A DNA stretch of 32,000 bases from Candidatus Baldrarchaeota archaeon (GTDB taxonomy: Archaea > Asgardarchaeota > Baldrarchaeia > Baldrarchaeales > DXJG01), in the NCBI GenBank assembly GCA_019056805.1, contig DXJG01000002.1, positions 60,517 to 92,516 on the forward strand. Direction: 5' to 3'. Shown in pieces: positions 7,772-17,853 of the stretch. The translations under genes and the position numbers were made by a program. Under the pieces are notes generated by a model. The model did no database searches. It worked only from the letters and a program-made list of their open reading frames with translations, and had not been told where the DNA came from. The stretch's first letter is position 1. Every line of letters starts with the position of its first letter.

Positions 7772-8917
7772 GTGACACGAAAAAACCATAAACTACGTCA
7801 TGCATCAACAAGTACTAGTGAACTCGATAAAGCAAGAGCAAGCGGCAAGAAAATCAGTATACCTTCCCTAAAACTAGTGGTTCTAAAACCTATAGGATAT
7901 CCCCTTCGATCTATTGGTGATGAAAGACCAATCTCCATTACAACGGACAATATAAAGCTTTTTGAAGCATATGCAAAGGAGCAATGGTCTGGCTTTTATG
8001 TTAAAGAAGGCGATTTTCTCTTCGATCAATTTATGTATCCCGACTTTGCTTTCGAGGTAGTAAAAGTTTCGCCTCGTGGTGGAGGTAGAATTAGCAATAA
8101 AACAGAAATTCGCCTTAAAGTAGATACTTTAAGTCCAGTCGTTCGAGAAATTCCTAAAGTTAAATTTTCTGATGTCATTGGTCACGAAAAAGCAAAAAAT
8201 AAGTGTAAAATCATTCAAAAATATCTAAAGTATCCTGAAAAATTTGGAGAATGGGCCCCGAAAAACATCCTCTTTTATGGGCCTCCTGGAACTGGAAAAA
8301 CCATGATGGCTAAAGCTTTAGCTTCTGAAACAAATGTACCTATCTTCTTAACTAGAGCGACAGATCTCATAGGACTTCATGTAGGTGATGGGGCAAGAAG
8401 AGTTCATCAACTTTTTGGTGAAGCAAGAGAATCTGCTCCTTGTATAATTTTCATAGATGAGCTTGATGCAATAGGGTTAGATAGAAGATACCAATCTATT
8501 AGGGGTGACGTCTCCGAAATAGTTAATGCATTGCTTTCAGAAATGGATGGATTAAATCCTAATCTGGGAATTGTCACAATTGGTGCGACAAATGCTCCGG
8601 AACTTCTTGACCCAGCTATAAGAAATAGATTTGAAGAAGAAATAGAATTTCCACTACCTACAAAAGAAGAAAGATTCGAAATATTGAAGCTCTACGCGAA
8701 ACGCTTACCTCTTCCAGTAAAAGTTAACCTGTGGAAAATAGCAGAGGAAACAGAAGGATTTTCGGGTAGAGATTTGAGAGAAAAAATTCTAAAGAATGCT
8801 CTTCACATGGCAATTCTAAAAAATAGACGAATAATCGATGAAAAAATTTTAAGAGAGGTCTTGACTTTCGCAAGAAAACAGTTAAAAATGGATGGATGGA
8901 CGGGAATGTTCCTTTAA
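7772..8917 (+). CDS. Archaeal AAA+ ATPase (COG1223-like) with N-terminal accessory domain
   Basis: Walker A GPPGTGKT, Walker [33 protein letters not shown]-domain motif YAKEQW..GDFLFD. GTG start after GAGGTG. Confidence 0.85.
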   Translation: MTRKNHKLRHASTSTSELDKARASGKKISIPSLKLVVLKPIGYPLRSIGDERPISITTDNIKLFEAYAKEQWSGFYVKEGDFLFDQFMYPDFAFEVVKVSPRGGGRISNKTEIRLKVDTLSPVVREIPKVKFSDVIGHEKAKNKCKIIQKYLKYPEKFGEWAPKNILFYGPPGTGKTMMAKALASETNVPIFLTRATDLIGLHVGDGARRVHQLFGEARESAPCIIFIDELDAIGLDRRYQSIRGDVSEIVNALLSEMDGLNPNLGIVTIGATNAPELLDPAIRNRFEEEIEFPLPTKEERFEILKLYAKRLPLPVKVNLWKIAEETEGFSGRDLREKILKNALHMAILKNRRIIDEKILREVLTFARKQLKMDGWTGMFL

Positions 8918-8934
8918 CTGGAGAGTGAAAATAT

Positions 8935-9582
8935 TTGAAACTGGTTCTGGGGGTCTGCGGGCTTCCGGCTTCCGGAAAATCTACTTTTATAAATTTTTCT
9001 AGAGAGTGGTTAAAGCTAAAGGGTTGGTCTTCTCTTTCTATAAAAATGAGTTATGCTCTCTTCACCTATTACAAAAACTTATTTGAAAAAAAATTTGGTG
9101 TTAAAAATTATAAAGAAGTAAAAAGACATATGTTTCAGAAAATAGGTGATGTTGCGAGAAATGAACTTGGAGAGGATGCTATAGCAATTTTAACTTACCG
9201 CCTACTTAATGAGCAAGTCATGAAACATAATGATGTGGATGTTGTATTTATTGATGGAATAAGAGATGCTGGAGAAGTTAAATATTTTGACAAAAAGTTC
9301 GACGACATATTTTATCTAGTTGCAATAGAAGCTTCCCTAGAAATTCGATTAAAAAGAGCAGCTGAAAGAAATGAGGGAGAAAAAGATAAGCTTCAAAAAG
9401 AAGAATTTATACAAAGAGATGTCTGGGAACAAGAAAAATATCAAAAAACAATTAATATGGCCAAGAAAATACTAAAAGAAAATAAAAGATTTTTTAAAAT
9501 AACAAATACAGGAACAAAAACAGAACTCGAGAAAAAAACAATAGAGACATTAAAAACTATTCTATCAAATCTCAAATCTTAA
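8935..9582 (+). CDS. P-loop nucleoside monophosphate kinase-like protein (usually auto-annotated dephospho-CoA kinase)
   Basis: GLPASGKS at the N-terminus, VFIDGIR and IEASLEIRLKR lid. Substrate cannot be determined from sequence. Confidence 0.75.
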   Translation: MKLVLGVCGLPASGKSTFINFSREWLKLKGWSSLSIKMSYALFTYYKNLFEKKFGVKNYKEVKRHMFQKIGDVARNELGEDAIAILTYRLLNEQVMKHNDVDVVFIDGIRDAGEVKYFDKKFDDIFYLVAIEASLEIRLKRAAERNEGEKDKLQKEEFIQRDVWEQEKYQKTINMAKKILKENKRFFKITNTGTKTELEKKTIETLKTILSNLKS

Positions 9583-9607
9583 CACTTAACAATTAGGGGT
9601 TATTCTC

Positions 9608-10042
9608 ATGATAAAAATACGAGTTGAAGCACCACTATACCCAACGGAAGACTTTAATAAAGTAAAAAAGGCTATCGAAAACATCATACCAGGTATCGAC
9701 TGCAAAATAGAAAAAATAGGTAAAAACACGTACATAGTAGGAGAAATTGAAGGAGTAAAAGGATTAAGACTCTTTCATCAACAGCTAAGAGAACAACAGA
9801 TTCTTGATACCGCTAGATCGGTACTTAAAAGAGGCGTAAGTGGAAATACCATTATATTTTATATTCGCAAACAAGCAGCTTTCATGGGCAAAATACATTT
9901 TTGTGATGCCTATGCAGAAACACCCTTAGGTCCAATCACTATTCAAATCACGTCAGATGATCCTCAAAAAATCATAGATTGGCTTGCACCTCCCACAAAA
10001 AGAGGACAACCAATATTTGAAATAAAAATTCAAGAAGAGTAA
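9608..10042 (+). CDS. UPF0201/COG1931 putative RNA-binding protein
   Basis: APLYPTEDFNKVKKAIEN, LREQQILDTARSVL, KQAAFMGKIHF and PLGPITI motifs. Confidence 0.85.
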   Translation: MIKIRVEAPLYPTEDFNKVKKAIENIIPGIDCKIEKIGKNTYIVGEIEGVKGLRLFHQQLREQQILDTARSVLKRGVSGNTIIFYIRKQAAFMGKIHFCDAYAETPLGPITIQITSDDPQKIIDWLAPPTKRGQPIFEIKIQEE

Positions 10043-10947
10043 GGTATATGGATAGTCAAAAAATCATAGGAAATAAAACTTGCAGGAAATATATCTCTTA
10101 TTTCCTTTTCTAGTTTTTTCACATCTTCTTCTGTATATCTCGGGCTGATATGAAATATTGCTAGTCTTTTTACACCAGCTTTTAAAGCGATTTTTGCTGC
10201 ATCAATAACGGTTGAATGTCCACCTTCTAAAGCTTTTTCCTTTAAATTTTGATCAAAAGTTCCGTCGTGAATTAAAAGATCAGCTCCTTGTGCAAATTTT
10301 ATCATTTCACTACAAGGTCTAGTATCTCCACTATAGACAATCTTTCTACCTGGTCTAGGTTTTCCAACAACCTGTTCGGGACGAATAACTCTTCCATTTT
10401 CTAATGTAATAGGTTTTCCCAGTTGAAGCTTTTTCCATAAAGGCCCTTTTGGTACACCTAGAGCTTCTGCCTTTTCGGGGGAAAATTTTCCTGGTCTAGG
10501 TTTTTCGATCAAAGCATAGGCAAGAGTATAAACTCCATGATCAACAGGAGTACATGTTACATAATAGTCTTCTTCTTCAACTACTAGTCCTTTTTCAATC
10601 TCAGAAACTTTCACATCGAAAGTTAATGTAAATTTTACAGTCTTTATAATGGCCTTCAAAAAATCACTAATTCCTGGGGGACCATAAATTTCTAGAGGTT
10701 TATCCCGGCCTAAAAGTGAAAAAGTTTGAAGTAAACCCGCTATACCAAGTACATGATCACCATGAAGATGAGTAATAAAAACCTTGGATAATTTGCCAAT
10801 TTTTAAGTCAGATTTAAGTATTTGTCTTTGAGTTCCCTCACCACAGTCAAAAAGTAATAATTCCCTTTCTTTTCTAATTGCAATAGCGGGTAATCCTCTA
10901 TCTTTCGTAGGCATACTGCCTGATGTTCCCAAGAATGTTATTTTCAA
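10030..10947 (-). CDS. rnz: Ribonuclease Z
   Basis: MKITFLGTSG from TTG 10947 after GAGGTG, FDCGEGTQRQ, THLHGDH, exosite GVPKGPLWKKLQ, YSGDTRP and HISPRY. Confidence 0.95.
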   Translation of the reverse strand: MKITFLGTSGSMPTKDRGLPAIAIRKERELLLFDCGEGTQRQILKSDLKIGKLSKVFITHLHGDHVLGIAGLLQTFSLLGRDKPLEIYGPPGISDFLKAIIKTVKFTLTFDVKVSEIEKGLVVEEEDYYVTCTPVDHGVYTLAYALIEKPRPGKFSPEKAEALGVPKGPLWKKLQLGKPITLENGRVIRPEQVVGKPRPGRKIVYSGDTRPCSEMIKFAQGADLLIHDGTFDQNLKEKALEGGHSTVIDAAKIALKAGVKRLAIFHISPRYTEEDVKKLEKEIRDIFPASFISYDFLTIHIPYSS

Positions 10948-10957
10948 ATAAAACACC

Positions 10958-11998
10958 TCACATATTTCTTAAAATAGCTATTTTACGTGTCAAGCTCTTG
11001 TGAACACGCATCAAATAACTTTCAACAAGTTTAAGACCAAAGTTCTCTGCAAATTCTTCAAGAGGAATCCAAAGAGGAGTAGCTATCACCATATAACTAC
11101 CCTTCTTCATCAGTGGTGAAGCATTTTCAATAAACGCATAAATTAGCTTTCTAAGAGGGCTACCCATAGTAGAAGAAGATATTCCATAGGGAGGATCAGT
11201 GCTAATAGAATCTACCTTCGATATTGTTATAAGTCTCGCATCAGCGATAAACAACGCATTTACATCTAGACCATAGTGCCTAAGGTTATACATAGCGCCC
11301 CTAATCATTTTAGCACTAACATCAGAACCAATGACTCTACACCCTATTAAAGCAGCTTCAATCAAAATTCCTCCGGCTCCACAAAAAGGATCATAGAAAA
11401 TACTATTAGCCCTTGCTCGGGAGAGGTTAACTAGAAGCCTAGAGAGAAAAGGACTCATAGAACTTGGGTGCATATATGGACGTAGATGCGTCGCTCTTAA
11501 ATTAAACCTCCCTCGTTTAATTTTAGCCATACAAAGACCAAAAACAAAATTTTCTTCTGTTAAAACACCATAGAAACAAACATCCGGATTTGTCAGGTCA
11601 ACTTTAATTTTTTTTCCAGAATTTTTCAATATATTCTCGCCGAGGAGTTTTATCAATTCAACACTATTTATATGCGGAGAATATTGCTTTATACGTTTAA
11701 CTTCAACAAGAAAACTGGATTTTCCATCCAAAATACTATCAAACGGAACATCTTTCATACAACTATTAATATCAAAAATATTAGCTTCACAACAAAATAA
11801 AAGTTTGCAGCAGACATGCGTATAAGCAGCACGCTTGGCAACAACTTTGCACGGATCACTAGAACATTTTAATATAATTACTTGATTCAATACATCAATA
11901 ATCTTATACTCGATACCCTCACTTTCTAAAATGGCTCTTAATTCAGCAAAAGGAAGAGATTCCAACTCTCCAGAAACAACGAAGAAATACTCATTCAT
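10958..11998 (-). CDS. trm11: tRNA (guanine-10, N2) methyltransferase: THUMP plus Rossmann methyltransferase
   Basis: THUMP region, then RPYMHPSSM, YDPFCGAGGILIEA and STDPPYG. ATG 11998 follows GAGGTG. Confidence 0.85.
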   Translation of the reverse strand: MNEYFFVVSGELESLPFAELRAILESEGIEYKIIDVLNQVIILKCSSDPCKVVAKRAAYTHVCCKLLFCCEANIFDINSCMKDVPFDSILDGKSSFLVEVKRIKQYSPHINSVELIKLLGENILKNSGKKIKVDLTNPDVCFYGVLTEENFVFGLCMAKIKRGRFNLRATHLRPYMHPSSMSPFLSRLLVNLSRARANSIFYDPFCGAGGILIEAALIGCRVIGSDVSAKMIRGAMYNLRHYGLDVNALFIADARLITISKVDSISTDPPYGISSSTMGSPLRKLIYAFIENASPLMKKGSYMVIATPLWIPLEEFAENFGLKLVESYLMRVHKSLTRKIAILRNM

Positions 11999-12210
11999 GA
12001 TATACACCTCAATATCACTCACCATATATATCAAAACCATTAATAGAATTTGCTTTTGTAAAAAGTCTAAACCCGGTTCGAGTTTAACGTAAAAAAGAGT
12101 AGTAACTATTAACATAGGTTGTACATCAAGGGGCTTGAATGGAACACTTTACAAACTTGCAGAAAGACTTTTATTTAAAAAATAGTGAATTACGAGTAGG
12201 AGGAAACAAA

Positions 12211-13266
12211 ATGATAAAGGAAGCAACCGCACCTCACACAAAACTGCCAGATAACAAAGTAAGGTGTGATCTTTGCCCTCGACATTGCGTGTTAGAAGTT
12301 AATAAGATTGGTGCATGTAAAACGAGGAAAAACATAAACGGAAAACTATATACATTAATCTATGGATCCGTTTCAGCTATGGCTGTGGATCCCATAGAGA
12401 AAAAACCGCTTTTTAACTTCTATCCAGGAAGTTTAGCCTTCTCTATCTCAAGCGTTGGTTGTAATTTCTTTTGTAAATTCTGTCAAAACTGGCACTTATC
12501 ACAATCATCCCCGGGACAAATAAAAACAGAAGAAGTTCCACCAGAAAAAATAATAGAATTAACAAAACGTTATAAATGTGAGTCCATTGCTTATACCTAT
12601 AATGAACCCCTGATTTGGTGGGAATATGTTTTAGACGTATCTAAACTTGCGCATAAAGAAGGTATATTTAATGTTCTCGTTACTAATGGGTATATTACTT
12701 TAGAGGCTCTAGAAGAACTTCTGCCCTACATAGATGCTGCAAATGTCGATGTTAAGGCTTTCAAAGATAGTTTTTATCAAGAGCTATGCGGTGTTCCCAG
12801 CTTAAAGCCTGTACTTGAGACTTGCGAGATGATGAAGGAGAAAGGAATTCATGTAGAAATTACCAACCTCATTATTCCAGGCTATAATGATGACATAGAA
12901 GAGATTAGATCTATTTGCAAATGGGTAGTTGAAAAATTAGGACCAGATACTCCTTTACATTTCTCTAGATTTTACCCACATTACAAAATGACTTACGTAT
13001 CACCCACTTCAACATCTACTCTAGAAAAAGCTAGAAAAATAGCCTTGGAAGAAGGTGTACATTACGTTTATATAGGTAATGTTCCGGGGCATGACGGTGA
13101 AAATACTTATTGTCCAGGGTGCGGTAAACTTTTGATAAGACGATTTGGATTCGATGTAGTTGAATGGAATTTAACCGAGGAAAATAAATGTAAATATTGT
13201 GGTAAAAAAATAGCTATAAGAGGTAAGTTTGTTAAAAGAGGTGGATGGATACCATTTATAATTTAA
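12211..13266 (+). CDS. amrS: AmmeMemoRadiSam-family radical SAM enzyme (PflA-like)
   Basis: CDLCPRHC N-terminal cluster, DPIEKKPL, GCNFFCKFCQNW, AYTYNEP and C-terminal CPGCG..CKYCG. ATG 12211 follows GGAGG. Confidence 0.88.
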   Translation: MIKEATAPHTKLPDNKVRCDLCPRHCVLEVNKIGACKTRKNINGKLYTLIYGSVSAMAVDPIEKKPLFNFYPGSLAFSISSVGCNFFCKFCQNWHLSQSSPGQIKTEEVPPEKIIELTKRYKCESIAYTYNEPLIWWEYVLDVSKLAHKEGIFNVLVTNGYITLEALEELLPYIDAANVDVKAFKDSFYQELCGVPSLKPVLETCEMMKEKGIHVEITNLIIPGYNDDIEEIRSICKWVVEKLGPDTPLHFSRFYPHYKMTYVSPTSTSTLEKARKIALEEGVHYVYIGNVPGHDGENTYCPGCGKLLIRRFGFDVVEWNLTEENKCKYCGKKIAIRGKFVKRGGWIPFII

Positions 13267-13287
13267 GATTTAAATTGGTGATAAACT

Positions 13288-13497
13288 ATGCCTGTATGTC
13301 CTGAATGTGCTGCAGAAATGAAATGGGATCGCAATAGATTTATGTATGTTTGTAAGACTTGTGGACTTGCTCTAAGAAGAGAGGAGTTAGATAGAATTAG
13401 AGATAAACAGAGAAGAGAAGTTTTAACAGAGGAAGAAGAAAAGAAAAAAAGGAGAAAAGAATATCTAGAATGGTGGCTATCAAAGGAGAAAAAATAA
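13288..13497 (+). CDS. Small Zn-ribbon protein with charged C-terminal helix, unknown function
   Basis: CPEC..CKTC, then EEEEKKKRRKEYLEWWL. GGTGAT SD upstream. Confidence 0.8.
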   Translation: MPVCPECAAEMKWDRNRFMYVCKTCGLALRREELDRIRDKQRREVLTEEEEKKKRRKEYLEWWLSKEKK

Positions 13498-13551
13498 ATT
13501 ATCGCCCATAAATAACAGCTCTTAGGATTAGTTCATACCATTTTTAATGTT

Positions 13552-14682
13552 TTAGCTGACTGGTTTCCATAGAATGTTTAATTTGTCTGCAATTTTATAG
13601 GCTTTTTCCATTTCTTTTCCACTAGGCCGTCTATCAATATCACTGTATTTTGGGTTTCCAGGAACTTGAAATAGAGGCCTATACTGTTCCATGATATTTA
13701 CTAGAGCTTTAGGACAGTTTTCAGCTATCCATTCTAATATTGGACGGGTACAACATTCTATGTGATTTGGCAGTACTAAGTGTCTAATAATCATACCAGA
13801 AGTACCTTGTGCAACTGTTTCATCATAAGCCATTTTATGATTCCTTGAAACTATACTCCAATAATTTGGAACTTTTGAAAGGCGTTTTGCGCACTCATCA
13901 CTTCCATATTTAAAGTCAGGAAGCCAAAAATCAATGATATCCAGAAGTAGTTTCATCAGTTCCTTTGAGCAATACATATTAGAGTTCCATAGTTGAGCAA
14001 TATTAACTGTAGTATACTTCATGGATGCAATTATATGATATGCATTAGGTGTAGGTTCCCCACCGACCCAATTAACATTTCTCGCACCTTCTCTCTTAAG
14101 ACTATTAACAATTCTGGCTAACTTTTCAGGTGTAACGACTTCACCATTATCGGGATTATTTGAAATATCCCAGTTCTGACAGAAAACACATGGACCAAAA
14201 TTACAACCAGCAAAGAAAATAGTCCCCGATGGAACTAGCGGGGCTTCTTCTCCCATGTGGAGAAACGCTGTGGAAACTCTCGCTTTATCATCAATTCTAC
14301 AGAATCCTCTTTCGCCTTCCAATCTGTTAACTTCACAGCGTCTTTCACAAAAACAACACTTCTGAAGAATACGGCAGGCAATTTCTACCTTCAAATCTAG
14401 ATAAGAAACTTTAGGAGAATCTAAATCTTCAAGATTTACTTGATTACTATCAATTTTCTTAAGTAGAGATCTAAATCTTTTACTCGCTTTATTGTGCGCA
14501 AACCAAAGTCTTTCGATGGGAGCATCTAAACTTACATCAACCGATACTTTTTTAGCGATTAAAAACTTAGCAGGCAAATTACCTTGCATAATAGCATAAT
14601 ATCGCCTAAGTCTTTCCTTTACTTCAATATTACGCCAAACAGCAACAGCATCAGGCCTATAAAACATCCACAAACCCAACAA
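13552..14682 (-). CDS. pflX: PflX-like radical SAM protein (COG1313)
   Basis: CCFCERRCEVNR, HMGEEAPLVPSGTIFFAGCNFGPCVFCQNWDIS, VGGEPTPN, LWNSNMY and IIRHLVLPNH. Confidence 0.85.
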   Translation of the reverse strand: MLGLWMFYRPDAVAVWRNIEVKERLRRYYAIMQGNLPAKFLIAKKVSVDVSLDAPIERLWFAHNKASKRFRSLLKKIDSNQVNLEDLDSPKVSYLDLKVEIACRILQKCCFCERRCEVNRLEGERGFCRIDDKARVSTAFLHMGEEAPLVPSGTIFFAGCNFGPCVFCQNWDISNNPDNGEVVTPEKLARIVNSLKREGARNVNWVGGEPTPNAYHIIASMKYTTVNIAQLWNSNMYCSKELMKLLLDIIDFWLPDFKYGSDECAKRLSKVPNYWSIVSRNHKMAYDETVAQGTSGMIIRHLVLPNHIECCTRPILEWIAENCPKALVNIMEQYRPLFQVPGNPKYSDIDRRPSGKEMEKAYKIADKLNILWKPVS

Positions 14683-14806
14683 CCTCCAGATTCATCCAAT
14701 ACAAAATAAGATTAGCACATTATATCTACATTTCTAATAGACTCTTATACCACAATAAAGAAGTTTTATCCTAACAAAAATGTAGGTCAAAAGAAGAAGT
14801 TAAAAT

Positions 14807-16624
14807 TTACATCACTGTTACTGATTTTGCTAGGTTACGAGGTTTATCTGGATCCACTCCTCTTTTTACAGCTACATAATAGGAAAACAATTGAAGTGGG
14901 ATTATATAAGTGATTGGTGAAAATATAGGAAACGTTGACGGTATTTTGAAGGTAACATCCGCTAGTTGTGGGACTTTTTGATCTTTTTGATCTACTACTG
15001 CTATTATTTCTGCTCCCCTGGCTTTCATTTCCATAATATTCCCTATTATATGTTTGTGTGTTTCATCTGGAGGCGCTATAAAGACGCACGGATATCCAGG
15101 TTCTATTAGTGCAATGGGTCCGTGTTTAGATTCTCCTGCCGGATAACCTTCTGCATGAATATACGATATTTCTTTTAGTTTTAGAGCTCCTTCTAATGCC
15201 GTTGCTGTACTTATCCCTCTTCCCAAGAAGTAAAAGTTACTTTTTAGATAATACCTTTCTGCCATGGTTTTCGCTTTTTCTTCGTGCACCTCTATGATTT
15301 CTTTCACTTTTTGTGGTATTTGATATAATTCTGAAAGTAATTGTTTCGTCTCTGTTTCTGCTAATGATCCATTTTGTTTTGCTAAATTTATTGTTATTAA
15401 TGCTAAGGTTGCAAGTTGTGTTGTAAAGGTTTTTGTTGCTACCACGCCTATTTCTGGTCCCGCCTGCATGTAAATCGTGTGATGAGCAATTCTTGTTATA
15501 GAACTTCCCAAAACATTAGTTATTGCTAAGATCTTTGCACCATACTTTGCTGCATGTCTTACAGCATTTAATGTATCCGCTGTTTCTCCCGATTGAGTTA
15601 TTGCTATAATTACAGCGTTTTCATCTAATGTTTCTCCTACAAGTTCTGGAAACTCAGAAGCAATTATTGCCTGTGAATATGTTTTTGCAAGGTTCGAAAA
15701 CATGTACGCGCCAGTTAACCCTGCATGATAAGAAGTACCAGCAGCCACAAAATATATTCGGTTCGCTTTCATTAAGTTTTCAACAAAAACATTTACGTAT
15801 TCTGGACGCACTCTAAGTGTGTCTTTTATCGCTCTGGGCTGTTCATGTATCTCTTTTAGGATAAAGTGAGGAAATCCACCTTTTTGAGCCATTTCTGCAG
15901 TCCAGTTTATAACCTTAACTTCCTTAGTTAAAATCTCTCCATTAAGATTTTGTACAGTCACACTATATGGAGTTAATACTGCTATTTCACCATCATTGAG
16001 AAAAATCACTCTATTTGTCATTGGCAAAAACGCTGGAATATCTGATGCGCAATAAACAGCTTTTTCACCAATTCCGATAACTAAAGGACTGTCCTTTCTA
16101 GCACAAACAATTTTATTTGGCTCGTCAGCATAAATGACAGCTATAGCGTATGAACCTTTTAACTGTTTAAGAGTTTCCCTTACAGCATCTGCTAAATTGT
16201 AACCCCTTTTTACATAGTTTTCAATTAAATGTGAAATAACTTCGCTATCTGTCTCTGATCGAAATACATGGCCCTCTTTTTCGAGTTGTCTCCTTAGTTC
16301 CAAAAAGTTTTCTATTATTCCATTATGTACAACTGCTATTTTTTCTGTACAGTCGGTATGTGGATGGGCATTATGTTTTGATGGTGCCCCATGCGTCGCC
16401 CATCGAGTATGTCCTATACCTACATGTCCTGGAAGCGAATCAAAATTTAATTTTTTATGAATTTCGTCGATTTTTCCCTTATCTTTCTTTGTGTGCAATG
16501 TGGAGTTGTATATAGTTGTTATCCCTACTGAATCATAGCCACGATACTCTAATCTCTTAAGACATTCCCTTAGTAAACTTGCAACCTTTTGATTGTTAGA
16601 CGCGATGCCGATAATACCGCACAC
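14807..16624 (-). CDS. glmS: Glutamine-fructose-6-phosphate transaminase (isomerizing)
   Basis: N-terminal (M)CGIIG, LEYRGYDS, GHTRWATHG, TQSGETADT, LKLKEISYIHAEG and PRNLAKSVT. Confidence 0.97.
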   Translation of the reverse strand: MCGIIGIASNNQKVASLLRECLKRLEYRGYDSVGITTIYNSTLHTKKDKGKIDEIHKKLNFDSLPGHVGIGHTRWATHGAPSKHNAHPHTDCTEKIAVVHNGIIENFLELRRQLEKEGHVFRSETDSEVISHLIENYVKRGYNLADAVRETLKQLKGSYAIAVIYADEPNKIVCARKDSPLVIGIGEKAVYCASDIPAFLPMTNRVIFLNDGEIAVLTPYSVTVQNLNGEILTKEVKVINWTAEMAQKGGFPHFILKEIHEQPRAIKDTLRVRPEYVNVFVENLMKANRIYFVAAGTSYHAGLTGAYMFSNLAKTYSQAIIASEFPELVGETLDENAVIIAITQSGETADTLNAVRHAAKYGAKILAITNVLGSSITRIAHHTIYMQAGPEIGVVATKTFTTQLATLALITINLAKQNGSLAETETKQLLSELYQIPQKVKEIIEVHEEKAKTMAERYYLKSNFYFLGRGISTATALEGALKLKEISYIHAEGYPAGESKHGPIALIEPGYPCVFIAPPDETHKHIIGNIMEMKARGAEIIAVVDQKDQKVPQLADVTFKIPSTFPIFSPITYIIPLQLFSYYVAVKRGVDPDKPRNLAKSVTVM

Positions 16625-16870
16625 TAGCGAACCTCCAAAATCGGTGAGGAGGTATCTACTTCAGATAACTTATTAAGTATTATTAAGAAAATATTTAGAA
16701 TTGTCTAGTCAACTTTTTTACATACAAATAGCCGCCCTCTGAAAGCAAGAGTAATTTTGGACAAAAAGAAAGGAGATCATACTTTTAACTTTAATATTAA
16801 GTTAGGAACAGTAACTATTATAAAATCATTTGTAATATTATAAAATACATTTTACATGGAGGTAACTTGC

Positions 16871-17818
16871 TTGAATCCTTATGTACTGTTTAAGAGAGAA
16901 GACAAGTATGTTGTTGTTCCCGCTAAGCTACTTGACGAACCAAACAAGATATTGGCAGTTGCCAATCCACTAAGAATAAAAATTCTGAAAATACTTGCAG
17001 AACAACCCATGTATTCTCGTCAATTAGCCAATTTCCTAAAAGTTGACGAACAAACCATATATTATCATGTTAAGTTTTTAGAAAAAGCGGGTCTTATAAA
17101 ACTTCAAAGAAGAGAGGAGAAAAAGGGAGCTGTAGCAAAATATTACACAGTGGAGTCGCCCAGTTTAGTATTTAACCTAACTGAACCAAAAGATGTTGAA
17201 GAGTTTATCTTGCCTAAAGTCCCGCTAAGTGAAAAGGCCAGAAATTTCTTAAATCCTCATTTAAAAAATGGAGATTTAGATACGCTTATTATAATTGGAA
17301 GCCCTGATTCACATGGCCCATATAGAAGCCAAGCAAGAGATGGGCACTACGCGGTAGATTTAGCCATTTTTCTTGGGTCAATTTCCCGTTGTGAACCAAA
17401 TTTTATTACACGATTAGACACTGAAATAAGGGAAAGTGATTTGAAAAGAAACTTAATATTAGTGGGCGGTCCAATTGTTAATACTGTGACATATAAGATT
17501 AATGAAAATCTTCCTATCTACTTTGATGTAAGTCATCAAAGTAGAATTGTTTCAAAAATATCTCATAAAGTATATTATGAAGATGAATGTGGTATTATTG
17601 TAAAGATATCCAATCCTTTTAATCCTGATAATACAGGCATTTTAGTTTTAGCAGGAAAACGTTATTGGGGTACACGAGCAGCAATAATAGCCGTTGTTAA
17701 ACATCTTGATGAAGTTGCAGAGAATAATTTTTATAATTCTGATATTCCAGCAAGGGTAGTTAAAGGTATAGATGAAGACAGTGATGGAATAATCGATACT
17801 GTAGAGTTCCTAGAGTGA
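16871..17818 (+). CDS. ArsR-type HTH transcription regulator with C-terminal S-layer-like/ligand domain
   Basis: ANPLRIKILKIL..SRQLANFL..TIYYHVKFLEKAGLI winged HTH. C-domain has NLILVGGPIVN and LAGKRYWGTRAAI. TTG 16871 lies 7 nt after GGAGGT (alternative ATG 16856). Confidence 0.8.
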   Translation: MNPYVLFKREDKYVVVPAKLLDEPNKILAVANPLRIKILKILAEQPMYSRQLANFLKVDEQTIYYHVKFLEKAGLIKLQRREEKKGAVAKYYTVESPSLVFNLTEPKDVEEFILPKVPLSEKARNFLNPHLKNGDLDTLIIIGSPDSHGPYRSQARDGHYAVDLAIFLGSISRCEPNFITRLDTEIRESDLKRNLILVGGPIVNTVTYKINENLPIYFDVSHQSRIVSKISHKVYYEDECGIIVKISNPFNPDNTGILVLAGKRYWGTRAAIIAVVKHLDEVAENNFYNSDIPARVVKGIDEDSDGIIDTVEFLE

Positions 17819-17853
17819 AACACAAATAGAAAATTAGTAAGAATATTACGCAG

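Noticed and set aside
12211-14682. Literal pyruvate formate-lyase activating function for the two radical SAM genes
   Set aside because: No glycyl-radical enzyme in the window, and the label is a family-level carry-over.
16625-16855. glmS ribozyme upstream of glmS
   Set aside because: Very AT-rich, with no pairable multi-stem structure or recognisable core.
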